This document shows positions 24,656 to 34,586 of a stretch of 50,020 bases of DNA, in pieces. Source of the DNA: a virus. Its lineage: Duplodnaviria; Caudoviricetes. Position 1 is the stretch's first letter; each line of letters opens with the position of its first letter. Location of the stretch: positions 1-50,020 of IMG/VR virus record IMGVR_UViG_3300033144_003463; one strand, 5' to 3'. The position numbers were made by a program, and so were the translations under genes. The notes below the pieces were generated by a model. It saw nothing but the letters and a program-made list of their open reading frames with translations. It had not been told where the DNA came from and searched no databases.

Positions 24656-26107
24656 ATGGAAGAAGGCGCATTAAGCAAAGGTGAAATGGGTACATTTGAA
24701 CTAGTCAAGACTCTATACAAGAATGATGAAGGTAAACCATTTGAGTTAACTACATCACAAGTAGAGTTGTTTGATTTAGTATTCAAGAAGAAGCATAAGA
24801 GATGTCATATAATGACACATACCCAGTATGGCAAGAGTCTAGTTGTAGCATTGGCTGTATTGACAAGAGTCAGTACATTCCCAGAGAAGTGGTGTATTGT
24901 AGCACCTAGCAACAAGAAGGCTGAGATCATAATGGGGTATATCATACAACATGCGTTTGATAATGCCTATACAATGAATAAAATGGAGATAGGCAAGGAA
25001 TCATCAATGGAACGATTAAGAAGAGAAAGAAGCAGTAAGAGGCTAACCTTTAGAATAGGCAAGAGGATAGGTGAGGTATTTGTACTATCAGCAGAAGCAA
25101 GAAGGACCAGTGATGTAGAAGAAGCTTTAATGGGGTTTGGTAGTCCAAACATAGTAGAAGACGAATCAGCATTGATTAAAGACAAGATTCATAGTACAGC
25201 TATGCGTATGCTCGGTGGATATCATGATAACTATCTATTTAAGATTGGTAATCCCTTTAGAAGGAATCATTTCCTTAGAAGCTTTAGAGACGATAAATAC
25301 TATAAGCTAACAGTAGACTGGAAGAAATCTGTAGCAGAAGGAAGAATCAAACAAGACTTCGTTGATGAGATGAGAAAGGAAGCATTCTTTGATGTATTAT
25401 ATGATTGTCAGTTTCCACCAGAAGATTATATAGATGAGAAGGGATGGATGCCTCTATTGAGTGAGAAAGATATACAAATGGCCCAAGAGGAAGGAGACCA
25501 TTTTGGACAAGAGAGAATGGGTATAGACGTAGCCGGTACAGGGAGTAACAATAGTGTTATAGTTAAAAGGTCGGCAGGATATGCAGAGATGCTATTCAAG
25601 AGTGATAGTATAGATCTAATGGACTTTGCTGGTAAGATAATGATAGAATCAAAGAACTTCAATACAGATAGAAGATATATAGATAACATAGGAATAGGAG
25701 CAGGAGTCTATTCAAGATTAAGAGAACAGGGGTTCCGGGTAGTCGGTGCTAACGTAGCCCTAAAAGCTGCGGACTCCCGGTTCTTCAATAAGAGGGCAGA
25801 AGTATACTGGAGGTTAAGAGAATGGATAAAGTCGGGTGGTAAGTTGTCTAAAGATAAGGATTGGAACCAATTATTGTATATAAAGTATAAAGCAGACTCT
25901 AGCGGTAAGTTACAAATAATACCAAAGATAGAACTGTTAAGAGAAGGAAAGGAATCACCAGATGCAGCAGATGCATTGGCACTAACATTCTATGATCCAC
26001 CAAGGTTAAAACTATTAACCGAAGAGGAAAAGAGATTTTATAAGCGCATATTAAGTAAAAAGCGTTCTAAAAAGGATAGAAATCCTAGAAGAATGACAGC
26101 ATATTAA
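24656..26107 (+). CDS. terL: Terminase large subunit
   Basis: Walker A HTQYGKS; Walker B VEDES; IGNP; nuclease motifs GIDVAG and SPDAADALAL. Confidence 0.92.
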   Translation: MEEGALSKGEMGTFELVKTLYKNDEGKPFELTTSQVELFDLVFKKKHKRCHIMTHTQYGKSLVVALAVLTRVSTFPEKWCIVAPSNKKAEIIMGYIIQHAFDNAYTMNKMEIGKESSMERLRRERSSKRLTFRIGKRIGEVFVLSAEARRTSDVEEALMGFGSPNIVEDESALIKDKIHSTAMRMLGGYHDNYLFKIGNPFRRNHFLRSFRDDKYYKLTVDWKKSVAEGRIKQDFVDEMRKEAFFDVLYDCQFPPEDYIDEKGWMPLLSEKDIQMAQEEGDHFGQERMGIDVAGTGSNNSVIVKRSAGYAEMLFKSDSIDLMDFAGKIMIESKNFNTDRRYIDNIGIGAGVYSRLREQGFRVVGANVALKAADSRFFNKRAEVYWRLREWIKSGGKLSKDKDWNQLLYIKYKADSSGKLQIIPKIELLREGKESPDAADALALTFYDPPRLKLLTEEEKRFYKRILSKKRSKKDRNPRRMTAY

Positions 26108-26109
26108 AC

Positions 26110-28107
26110 ATGTTAAATGAAGATATAAACGATCCAGGGTATAAACCATATAAGCCAAATAAACCTAAGAAAAAGGTTATTTCGATGGTTTATGAAGAAG
26201 TAGCAGAAATGGTAGATAGAAGGAATGAAACATATCCGGCGTTTAATGATATAACGCTGAAAGATTATATCGAAGATGGACACAAAAGATTAAACTCATA
26301 TGTATTAGACAAAGATTCATATGATATACCAAAGGAAGATTGGCAGGCAAATGTAGCTTTACCGACGATTAGAAACAAGCAAAAGAGAATGATTGCTGGT
26401 TTTGCATTAGATGTACCAGAATTGGAGGTTAAGGCATATGGTGAAAACAATGATATGGATGTAGATCGTGCAGAAATATCTAAGGCTTTAATCAAAGGCT
26501 CATACCTACAAGAAGAGAATCCTATCTTGGAGAGTTTTTGGGAAGCATGGGGGGCATCAACAGATGGAACAGTCATTAAATATGAAGGGTATCTAAAAAC
26601 CAGATACAAACAGAAGTTCATTAAATCTTATGATATTATAACAGGAGAGGTGGAATTTGATGAAAAGGAGGTAGATGTAGACGATAAATGTATTTCGTTA
26701 CTCTTACCCTTAACAGAGTTATTTATAAAAGACTTCTATGTACATGACATACAAGACCAAACAGCATTGGCATGGGTGAGATATTATGATCAGGGACAGT
26801 TTGATCATGAGTTTAGTAAATACGCAGATGCAAAGTTTGTGCATAAGAAAGTAGAAATCTCAGATATTGATGTAGAGACAGATTTCTTCCAACAGCAAAA
26901 ATGGGGAGATAGAGTTGAAAACAATAAAATTGAAGTAATCCGTTACTACAACAGAATCGAAGACCAATATATCATAGTTGCCAATGGAGTTCTATTATTA
27001 GATGCACCATTGCTTTGGAGAGTCAATGGTAGGAAAGTATATCCATTTGCTAAAAGCATTTGGGAACCATTTGTTAATAAGCACTTCTTTTATGGCAAGT
27101 CCTTCGCAGATATACTGATGGGTGAATATGATGTAATGAATAGTCTATGGAACACAACGATGGATAAAGGAACAAGGAGTTTAATTTCTCCATTGTTAAT
27201 CGGTAGAGTTAATCAAGATGCATTAGATTTGGAAGATGAGATTGTTACATCGTCAACAAAGATATACGTAGAAGATGTCAAGCAAGTAATCCCAATGCCA
27301 ATCAAAGAACCATCACAAGCAGATGTAAAAATGATTGAATTGGTAGCCAAGGGGATTGAAGAGTCTGCGCCATCTATTCCTGATCTAGTAGCAAAGAGAG
27401 ATGCTACGGCAAGAGAGATCGTATTGGCAGAAGAGAAGCTAAAAGAGATTAAATCATTACACAATGAAATGCTTGCAGATCTATGGAGACAGAAGTATTC
27501 TTTAAGGCTAGCAAACATTCAATTGAATTATCCACAGCCACGTAAGATTGTAAACAAAGAAGGTAAAAAGGAATCATTGTATAGAACATTCATTATACCG
27601 AATATGGTTCTTGAGCAGGACACTGGAGAACGTGGAACATTGGCAATCCAATTTAGGAATGTTAAGGGAAAGGCTAAAAAGAAACTACAAGAAGATTTGG
27701 CCGCAGAAGAAGAGATGATGAAAAGCAAGGGAATAAACTATAAGAAGATAATCGTATCAACTAATTATCTGGATAATTATAAGTTCCATATGGTAGTTGT
27801 CCCAGAGACATTATATAAAACATCATTAGCCAAGATGCAAGCGACTATAATAGAAAAGTTAGAGAATATAGCAAAGTACTTCCCACAAGTGTTTGTAATG
27901 AATCAGAAGGAATACTTTGAACAGTTAGCTAAGGCATATGATGATGATCCAAGTGCAGCAGTAGAAAAATTAAATCAAGCGGAGAAGGCGGCAGAACAAC
28001 AGCAAGGAGCACCACAAGGCGGGGGTCAAGGAGCATCACAAGGAGCGCCCCAAACCACAGGTGGAGCGTCAGGAAGTTTAGCCGGAACTCTTCCACCATT
28101 ACAATGA
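26110..28107 (+). CDS. Portal protein
   Basis: 665 aa directly after terL; YPF..FYGKS and TAREI motifs; Q/G-rich tail. Confidence 0.85.
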   Translation: MLNEDINDPGYKPYKPNKPKKKVISMVYEEVAEMVDRRNETYPAFNDITLKDYIEDGHKRLNSYVLDKDSYDIPKEDWQANVALPTIRNKQKRMIAGFALDVPELEVKAYGENNDMDVDRAEISKALIKGSYLQEENPILESFWEAWGASTDGTVIKYEGYLKTRYKQKFIKSYDIITGEVEFDEKEVDVDDKCISLLLPLTELFIKDFYVHDIQDQTALAWVRYYDQGQFDHEFSKYADAKFVHKKVEISDIDVETDFFQQQKWGDRVENNKIEVIRYYNRIEDQYIIVANGVLLLDAPLLWRVNGRKVYPFAKSIWEPFVNKHFFYGKSFADILMGEYDVMNSLWNTTMDKGTRSLISPLLIGRVNQDALDLEDEIVTSSTKIYVEDVKQVIPMPIKEPSQADVKMIELVAKGIEESAPSIPDLVAKRDATAREIVLAEEKLKEIKSLHNEMLADLWRQKYSLRLANIQLNYPQPRKIVNKEGKKESLYRTFIIPNMVLEQDTGERGTLAIQFRNVKGKAKKKLQEDLAAEEEMMKSKGINYKKIIVSTNYLDNYKFHMVVVPETLYKTSLAKMQATIIEKLENIAKYFPQVFVMNQKEYFEQLAKAYDDDPSAAVEKLNQAEKAAEQQQGAPQGGGQGASQGAPQTTGGASGSLAGTLPPLQ

Positions 28108-28409
28108 AACAATTTATTATAAAACTATTATTTCGCTTAATAGATAATAACGATACCTATAGGGATATTGATGATAAGAAAATACAGAAATGGTTAACAA
28201 GACAGCATCAAGACATGGGATTCCGCGAGTATATGAGAAAGCGAGATTTACAGTTATTAAAGACATTGGGATTGGCATTGACACAAGATGATTATAAAAC
28301 AACTTGTGGGCAACGACTAGAACTATTGCGCTTGTTACAAGTTGTAGAACAAGCGAACAAGGTACAATTAAAAAGGTCGGAGCAAATAAAAAAACGTAAT
28401 AAAAAATAA
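28104..28409 (+). CDS. Hypothetical protein (head module)
   Basis: ATGA overlap with the portal gene. Confidence 0.65.
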   Translation: MKQFIIKLLFRLIDNNDTYRDIDDKKIQKWLTRQHQDMGFREYMRKRDLQLLKTLGLALTQDDYKTTCGQRLELLRLLQVVEQANKVQLKRSEQIKKRNKK

Positions 28410-28410
28410 T

Positions 28411-28629
28411 ATGTTTGATAAAACTTATTACGAGAACAAAAGGAATTCTTTAGAGACCAGAATGGTGAAAGTAAAAGATAGATTTATTATGGAACAGGTA
28501 GAGAATGTCAAAAGACTTTTATCTGATCAACAGGAGATCCAGGCAGATTATAATGAAGTGGTAAAGAGAATGCAAGATGATAAAGAATTGGAAGACAAAG
28601 AGAATAAAAAGGGAAAGAAAAAGAAATAA
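28411..28629 (+). CDS. Coiled-coil hypothetical protein
   Basis: 72 aa with K-rich end. Confidence 0.65.
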   Translation: MFDKTYYENKRNSLETRMVKVKDRFIMEQVENVKRLLSDQQEIQADYNEVVKRMQDDKELEDKENKKGKKKK

Positions 28630-28641
28630 AGGTTTGAAAAA

Positions 28642-28796
28642 GGTGGAGTTAACCCATAGGGGTTAGCTTCGCCATTCGGTGAATTAATTTCACTACTTAA
28701 CGGTTGGGGTTTATCCGCCTTTCCCCTGGTTGTTGAGTGGTGAACTTAGTTCATCAGAACTATATAAAGGTCGCCATCTTGGGGTGAATGCCCAAG
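28642..28796 (+). promoter_or_regulatory. Structured intergenic leader before scaffold/capsid genes
   Basis: Three hairpins plus AAAGGTCG. Confidence 0.5.
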
Positions 28797-28821
28797 TCCA
28801 AATAATTAACATTTTAAAAAC

Positions 28822-29523
28822 ATGGCAGACGAAAAAACATTAGGCTTAAACACAGGAGAAGCAGAAACTCCTGCTGGTGATGGCCAACCAGAACAAAAAA
28901 CTAAGGAAGTAACATCTCCAGAAGTAGATGCTTTATCTAATGATCTTGATCGATTTATCGGTGAAGATGTAGATGATAAAGGACTTATGGAAATAGGAGA
29001 TGATGACGAAACACTTGTTATTTCCAAAACTAAGTTAGAGAAATTGCAAAAGGATCGGGACAACTATCGTGAAGGTTTAAAATCCGTGAAGGGAAAGTTA
29101 AAAGATTTCAAGAAACAGGATAAACCAGAAGATAAACCCAAACCAAAGCAACAGCCGAAGGGTGACTTTCTTAAACGGTCAGACTACTATAAGGCCATAG
29201 AGAAACAAGCTATTAGTACTGCGTGTCTAGATGAATCGTTGGAAAAGAATTGGAGTGAGATTATTCCATTCTATTCTCCAAGGCGAGGAATTGAGACAGT
29301 AGACGATATTGTTGCTGATTTAAAGGATGCACAACATCTTTTCAATAAGAACAATCCGACTGAAACTGAAGAGGACCCAGGAGTTCTCTCTGATCTTTCA
29401 GCCGATAATGCCAAACAAGTAGGCGCCTCTACTAGTGGAGATAAACAAAAGAAACGAAAGCATATTCTTCCTAGAAGAACACCCGTACAAGAATGGTACG
29501 GTAAAGTCGAAGAAAAAAAATAA
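28822..29523 (+). CDS. Capsid scaffolding protein (probable)
   Basis: Acidic N-terminus and coiled coil; lies between portal and MCP. Confidence 0.65.
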   Translation: MADEKTLGLNTGEAETPAGDGQPEQKTKEVTSPEVDALSNDLDRFIGEDVDDKGLMEIGDDDETLVISKTKLEKLQKDRDNYREGLKSVKGKLKDFKKQDKPEDKPKPKQQPKGDFLKRSDYYKAIEKQAISTACLDESLEKNWSEIIPFYSPRRGIETVDDIVADLKDAQHLFNKNNPTETEEDPGVLSDLSADNAKQVGASTSGDKQKKRKHILPRRTPVQEWYGKVEEKK

Positions 29524-29536
29524 TTACGAATTGAAA

Positions 29537-29938
29537 ATGTTTAAACCAAAACAATACGACGACGGCCAATTGGTCACATTATTGTGTGCCAGTGGTGTTA
29601 CTATAACAAAGTATGACGCTTTAGATTTCTCTAGTGGATACGTTCAGCGTGCAACTGATGCTACCACTCAGGTAAAATTTGTTGCCATGGAGGATGTTAC
29701 TGCTGCGACTGAAGGAGACGAAATTCTTTGTCTTAGTACCAAAGGAGTTAGATTTGTTGCAGATTGTACAACTGCCACCACTCAAGCCACGATGGGGACA
29801 TGTGTAGATCTCACAGATCATCTTACCATCGACGAGGATGCCGCAAGCACAGATTATGTGTTTGAAATGGAATCCATCCAAGGGGCTGTTGCAGACAAAA
29901 AGATTGTTGGATATTTTCATCAAGCCGTTAGCGCTTAA
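29537..29938 (+). CDS. Capsid decoration/cement-like protein
   Basis: Small A/T/D-rich beta protein directly before the MCP. Confidence 0.55.
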   Translation: MFKPKQYDDGQLVTLLCASGVTITKYDALDFSSGYVQRATDATTQVKFVAMEDVTAATEGDEILCLSTKGVRFVADCTTATTQATMGTCVDLTDHLTIDEDAASTDYVFEMESIQGAVADKKIVGYFHQAVSA

Positions 29939-29943
29939 TTACT

Positions 29944-30924
29944 ATGCCTATTTTATCTACAGACTTTGCTTCATTAACAGATGACTTACAGTCTATCTTT
30001 AATGAGGTTGCAAAGAGAAAAATATCAGAAAATGTTGGTTTTAGCGTGTTTGATGTTTTTGATACAAATCGTTTGACCTATGACCATTTAATCCTTCATG
30101 GATTAGCTGGTATTGAAAAGGTTGCTGAAGGACAAGATTTGCCAAAAGTAGGAACTGAAGAGGGTGATACAATCACTTATACTCAGGCTTATTATGGTGC
30201 GATTGTTCCTGTAACCAAAAAGATGAGAAAGTTTGATCTTCACGACCAAATTACAAGCGTCATTAAATCCGTTTCAGGAGATGCTTTTGATAAGGTTGAT
30301 CAGTCTTTAGCTGATGTCTTAATCCATGGCTGGGATGATTCCTATGTCGATGTGTATGGACAGACAGTTTCTTCTTTAGGCCCAGATGCTTTGTGTACAT
30401 TCAACGCTCTTCACAGTAATCCAGTCACTAGTGCCACTTATACCAATATCATAAGTGATGGTGCTGTTTCCAATCCTGCTCTTTCAAGAGCTGCTATCGT
30501 TCATATGATAGCTACAGGATTAAAGCACACCGATCCAAATGGTATTATGAGACCTATTAGATATGATACATTAATTATCTCTCCCGATCTTGCAGATCTA
30601 GCTGATAGAATTTTATATTCTACCTTGCTACCAGGGACTGCTAATAATGATATCAATGCCTTAAAGGGTAAAATATCTAATGTGGTTATATGGCCAAGAT
30701 TGGCTACTGCTGCCGACTCTACTGATGGTTCTTCGTACTGGTATCTAGCAGATTCTAGTGGATTGAAAGAATCATTGAAGTGCCTATTCGCCGAGAGACC
30801 TTCTTTGGATGCGCCAAATGAAGTATACTCGAATAAGAATTGGGAATATTCAATTGATTTCTTCTATGCATTAGGTCGCGGATTCCCAGCATATGTTGCT
30901 GGATCAGACGGGACTGGAAGTTAA
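29944..30924 (+). CDS. Major capsid protein (HK97 fold, probable)
   Basis: 326 aa; VAEGQDLP, VTKKMRKFD and LIISPDL motifs; position in the head module. Confidence 0.85.
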   Translation: MPILSTDFASLTDDLQSIFNEVAKRKISENVGFSVFDVFDTNRLTYDHLILHGLAGIEKVAEGQDLPKVGTEEGDTITYTQAYYGAIVPVTKKMRKFDLHDQITSVIKSVSGDAFDKVDQSLADVLIHGWDDSYVDVYGQTVSSLGPDALCTFNALHSNPVTSATYTNIISDGAVSNPALSRAAIVHMIATGLKHTDPNGIMRPIRYDTLIISPDLADLADRILYSTLLPGTANNDINALKGKISNVVIWPRLATAADSTDGSSYWYLADSSGLKESLKCLFAERPSLDAPNEVYSNKNWEYSIDFFYALGRGFPAYVAGSDGTGS

Positions 30925-31030
30925 GAGATCCTTGTACTCACTAAATGATTGGATTCGTTTCTGTCTGAGACATCCAATCATTAGGACAGCGAGTGAGAAA
31001 AGGTCGTTAAATAATTAATATAATAAATAT

Positions 31031-31348
31031 ATGAGCGGTATAAATTGGGCAAAATTAGTTGGGGAAAATCGTGCAAAGGCAATGGGTATTCCTTGGTCTA
31101 AAGAAGAATTAGATGCTATTCATAATAAGGGCATCAGTGTAGAAGATGTAAGAGCTGGTATCTTAAATAAAAAGGAAGTAAAGGAAGCAGACAAGAAAGA
31201 GAAGGAAGATGGTCCAGACTTAGCAAGAATGAAAAAGTCTGAACTTATAGATATAGCCAAAAAGCTTGGCGTATCATTTATCGAAGAGGACGTTATAAAG
31301 GCAGATCTTATTTTAGAAATTGAAAAAGCAGACAAGAAGGCGTTATAA
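31031..31348 (+). CDS. Hypothetical protein with Rho-N/SAP-like C-terminus
   Basis: LARMKKSELIDIAKKLGV..KADLI. Confidence 0.6.
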   Translation: MSGINWAKLVGENRAKAMGIPWSKEELDAIHNKGISVEDVRAGILNKKEVKEADKKEKEDGPDLARMKKSELIDIAKKLGVSFIEEDVIKADLILEIEKADKKAL

Positions 31349-31428
31349 TTAAAAAAGAAGCGGTAAAAATAGTCGAATGAGTCAACATTAAACCCTAAAT
31401 CGCTTTATCTTTTTTCGCCAAGGTAAAG

Positions 31429-31752
31429 ATGGCAGGTATGCGAAAACAACTACTCAATCTTAAAAAAGGAATATCGACTAAAGCTGAAAGACGTTTTAGT
31501 GAGATCCTGAAAGGGGCTCATATTCCATTTAGGTCGAAAGTAGTTGTAAATGGTCAGGGAGTAGGTTTCATGATTGGAAAATACGCAATAGATATCAATG
31601 GTAATAAACAAAGTGAGAAGAGAAACTTTCTTTTGTTAAATGCCGGATACGTTCCAATTTACTTTTCAGAAGAAGAGACAATGACCCCTGATCAAAAACA
31701 ATTAATTAACAAATTAAAAAAATTATGTATACAAACTTTCCGAACGGAATAA
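31429..31752 (+). CDS. Degenerate DUF559/Vsr-like endonuclease
   Basis: TKAERRF..IPF..VGFMIG.YAIDING; catalytic acidic residues altered. Confidence 0.5.
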   Translation: MAGMRKQLLNLKKGISTKAERRFSEILKGAHIPFRSKVVVNGQGVGFMIGKYAIDINGNKQSEKRNFLLLNAGYVPIYFSEEETMTPDQKQLINKLKKLCIQTFRTE

Positions 31753-32681
31753 CAAGTTTTGGAGTTCCTGTAATGGGTGGCAGTTTGCCAAATACTTTTG
31801 GAACTTATTTTTTCGTGAATTATGCAACGGGTTCAGATGGTAACGATGGGTTGTCATTAGAAGCACCAAAGAAAACCATCGCCGCTGCACTCGCCTTATG
31901 CACCACTAACAAGGATGATGTTATTGTTTTAGATACAACTTCTGGTCACGCTTTATCTGCGATGCTAGATATATCAATCAATAGGGTTCATTTTGTTGGA
32001 GATGTTTATGGCAGAAGGTATGGATCAAGAGCTAGAATTACAATGGGTGTTACAACTGCTGCTACTGATGTATTCGCAGTTAAAAACACTGGTGTTGGTA
32101 ATACATTTACTGGTATTAAATTTGACTCCGGGAATACTCTAACTCAAGCCGTTGCCACAGTAGGCGAAGGTGGCGAATATGCAGTTTATAGGAATTGTGA
32201 GTTTTATAACTCTGGAAAGCAAGCATCTGATACTCACGCCGAAATGGTGTTGAATGGAGATTCAGCTCAATTCTATGGATGCACATTTGGTTCATTGGCA
32301 ACAGCAGTTTCTGGTGACAAGATCAGACCAGCTGTCCTCTTAACCAAAGCAACTGTTGCCGCTGGCAAGGTATCCAGGGATGTCTTGTTTGATGATTGTA
32401 GATTCTGGAAAAAAGCAGGCGGAACTACTACTGCATTTATTAAGGGTGCAGCTACAGATGTAGAGAGGGTTATGGAATTTCATGACTGTCAATTCATAGC
32501 AAATGTATTGGGAAGTGTCCCAGCTGTTGCTATTGATGTTGCTAACTTAACTGTTGGACAGATTATTTTAACTGGCGATACTGCAGCTTTTGAATGCACA
32601 AAGATCGCTACAGCCACGAATGTAATTTCTGGTCTTACCGAAAAGGTTGCTACAGCAACTATTGGAATACAAACTACTTAG
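31725..32681 (+). CDS. Virion protein with pectin-lyase-like beta-helix
   Basis: TNFPNGITSFG N-terminus; GSDGNDGLS..PKKTIAAA; repeated F..C.F. Confidence 0.7.
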   Translation: MYTNFPNGITSFGVPVMGGSLPNTFGTYFFVNYATGSDGNDGLSLEAPKKTIAAALALCTTNKDDVIVLDTTSGHALSAMLDISINRVHFVGDVYGRRYGSRARITMGVTTAATDVFAVKNTGVGNTFTGIKFDSGNTLTQAVATVGEGGEYAVYRNCEFYNSGKQASDTHAEMVLNGDSAQFYGCTFGSLATAVSGDKIRPAVLLTKATVAAGKVSRDVLFDDCRFWKKAGGTTTAFIKGAATDVERVMEFHDCQFIANVLGSVPAVAIDVANLTVGQIILTGDTAAFECTKIATATNVISGLTEKVATATIGIQTT

Positions 32682-32766
32682 AGTTTGAATGGTATTTACT
32701 GGCTTTTACCATAAAATAAGCCAGACCCTTCTGGGGTTTAACAACAATTAAAATAACAATAACAAT

Positions 32767-33213
32767 ATGGCAAAACATTTTACCTATTCAAAGGGAATTG
32801 TTTATACCCCTACATTGATTAGTGCCGTTACTGCGACCACTACATCGATAGCTCAACTCGTTGCTGGCGCAAGAGCAGTTGGGATTGAGTTCTTTAGTTC
32901 ATTAGTTGACGATACTCAAGATCGCGCGGGAAACCTTACGGTTCAGGTATCAATGGATGGTGGAACTAATTTCCGGGCATATAATATGCTTATATCCAAT
33001 ATTACAGCTGATGCAGGGGCGGGAACTGCAGGTGAAGATATCGGGCATACAAGAGTTTCTAGTCTAGCATTGACTGCTGGATCGGCACAGAGTGGAATTC
33101 TTTGGCTTGATACGGCTACGTTAGGAGGAATTACTCATATTAAGACGATATTCACCAGAACTACAACTGGGACTAAGGGGACCTTTACCGTTAGGGCAAC
33201 AATTGCTTATTAG
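32767..33213 (+). CDS. Virion structural protein
   Basis: T/G/A-rich jelly-roll-like sequence; VQVSMDGGTNF. Confidence 0.6.
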   Translation: MAKHFTYSKGIVYTPTLISAVTATTTSIAQLVAGARAVGIEFFSSLVDDTQDRAGNLTVQVSMDGGTNFRAYNMLISNITADAGAGTAGEDIGHTRVSSLALTAGSAQSGILWLDTATLGGITHIKTIFTRTTTGTKGTFTVRATIAY

Positions 33214-33268
33214 ATCTTGTACAAATATGTACAGTTTAATGCAATGTATAATTAAAATAGATTAGATC

Positions 33269-33490
33269 ATGGACAGTTCAACATTAACGTCAGACCAATT
33301 ATCAGCACGAGTCGCGAAAGAGGCAAAACGCGGACGTGTTCGAGATGCAGATGGTAAAATTGTTTTTACTAAAGAACAATTGGAAGTGAGAATCAAACAC
33401 TTCAAGGCAAAAAAAGAAGGTTATAAAAAAAGGATGGAGAATATAGAGGTCGAAATAGAAAGGGCAGAAGAATTATTAAAAAATAAATAA
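33269..33490 (+). CDS. Coiled-coil hypothetical protein
   Basis: 73 aa. Confidence 0.55.
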   Translation: MDSSTLTSDQLSARVAKEAKRGRVRDADGKIVFTKEQLEVRIKHFKAKKEGYKKRMENIEVEIERAEELLKNK

Positions 33491-33492
33491 TT

Positions 33493-33915
33493 ATGGCAGA
33501 CGTAATTTACAACAATTTTAAGAAAAACATAATGAATGGTAATATCGATCTTGATACCGATACTATCAGGGTTATGTTAACCACTTCCGATTATACTGCA
33601 GACGCTGATACTCATGAATTCATGAATCAAGTTACCAACGAGGTAACTGGAACAGCTTATACTGCTAACGGTGAGGAATTGACAAGCGCAGCAGTGACAG
33701 CAGATACGACAGATGACGAGGGAGTATTCGATGCCGATGATGTAACTTGGGCCTCTTCAACGATTACAGCAAGATATGCTGTTATCTATAAAGACACTGG
33801 TGCATCAACTACATCACCTCTTATTTGTTGCATTGACTTTACAGAAGACAAGTCTTCTAGTAATGGTGATTTCAAGATCGCTTGGAATGCAGAGGGTATC
33901 CTTAACTTAAACTAA
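33493..33915 (+). CDS. Tail/fibre-associated structural protein
   Basis: IDLDTDTIRVML..EVTGTAY..FDADDVTW..TITARYAVIY..LICCIDF..GDF.I.W pattern. Confidence 0.7.
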   Translation: MADVIYNNFKKNIMNGNIDLDTDTIRVMLTTSDYTADADTHEFMNQVTNEVTGTAYTANGEELTSAAVTADTTDDEGVFDADDVTWASSTITARYAVIYKDTGASTTSPLICCIDFTEDKSSSNGDFKIAWNAEGILNLN

Positions 33916-33917
33916 AC

Positions 33918-34586
33918 ATGAACTCAAAATCAAGACAAAGTGTTTTGATTGGTGTTCCTTTTAGCCGCGGTTCATTAGAGCCTGAATTTATGCTTTCGTT
34001 GATTAATAACATTTTTGATTTAACTAAAAATGGGATTGACGGGAGCATAAACACTCAGGAGTCCTCCCTGATCTCTTCCTCTAGGAATTCAATAGCTGGG
34101 AAGTGCGATTCGGATTATCTAATGTTTATCGATACTGATATGGTCTTCCCAAAAGACGGAGTCAGAAGGCTGATAAAGGCCAATAAAGACATTATCGGTG
34201 GATTATATTTCAAAAAGGGAGATGGCAATAAACCTGTCATCGCGAACATAGATCCCGAAACCAATAAATTTGTAGAGTTTTTTGAGGTATCTGATGAGAT
34301 GTTTCAATGCGATACAATTGGGACTGGATTTATGTTAATTAAGAAAAAGGTTCTTGATGCTTTTACTGAGGAATTTGTAAGGGCGAACGGGAAGCCTTTT
34401 AATTTTGGCAAAATTCCAGGGACAGATGCTGACGAAGAGTCAGAAGATTGGGCCTTTTGTAGGAGGGCTAAAAAATTGGGATTTGAAGTATGGTGCGATC
34501 CTACTATCAGAATAGGACATGTTGGTAAATATATTTATGGCAAAGAAGACTTCATCGCCAATTTAGAATTTACTAAAAAACAATGA
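33918..34586 (+). CDS. Glycosyltransferase, GT-A/GT2-like
   Basis: SRN, YLMFIDTDM (DxD), IGTGFMLI, SEDWAFC, IGHVG. Confidence 0.85.
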   Translation: MNSKSRQSVLIGVPFSRGSLEPEFMLSLINNIFDLTKNGIDGSINTQESSLISSSRNSIAGKCDSDYLMFIDTDMVFPKDGVRRLIKANKDIIGGLYFKKGDGNKPVIANIDPETNKFVEFFEVSDEMFQCDTIGTGFMLIKKKVLDAFTEEFVRANGKPFNFGKIPGTDADEESEDWAFCRRAKKLGFEVWCDPTIRIGHVGKYIYGKEDFIANLEFTKKQ

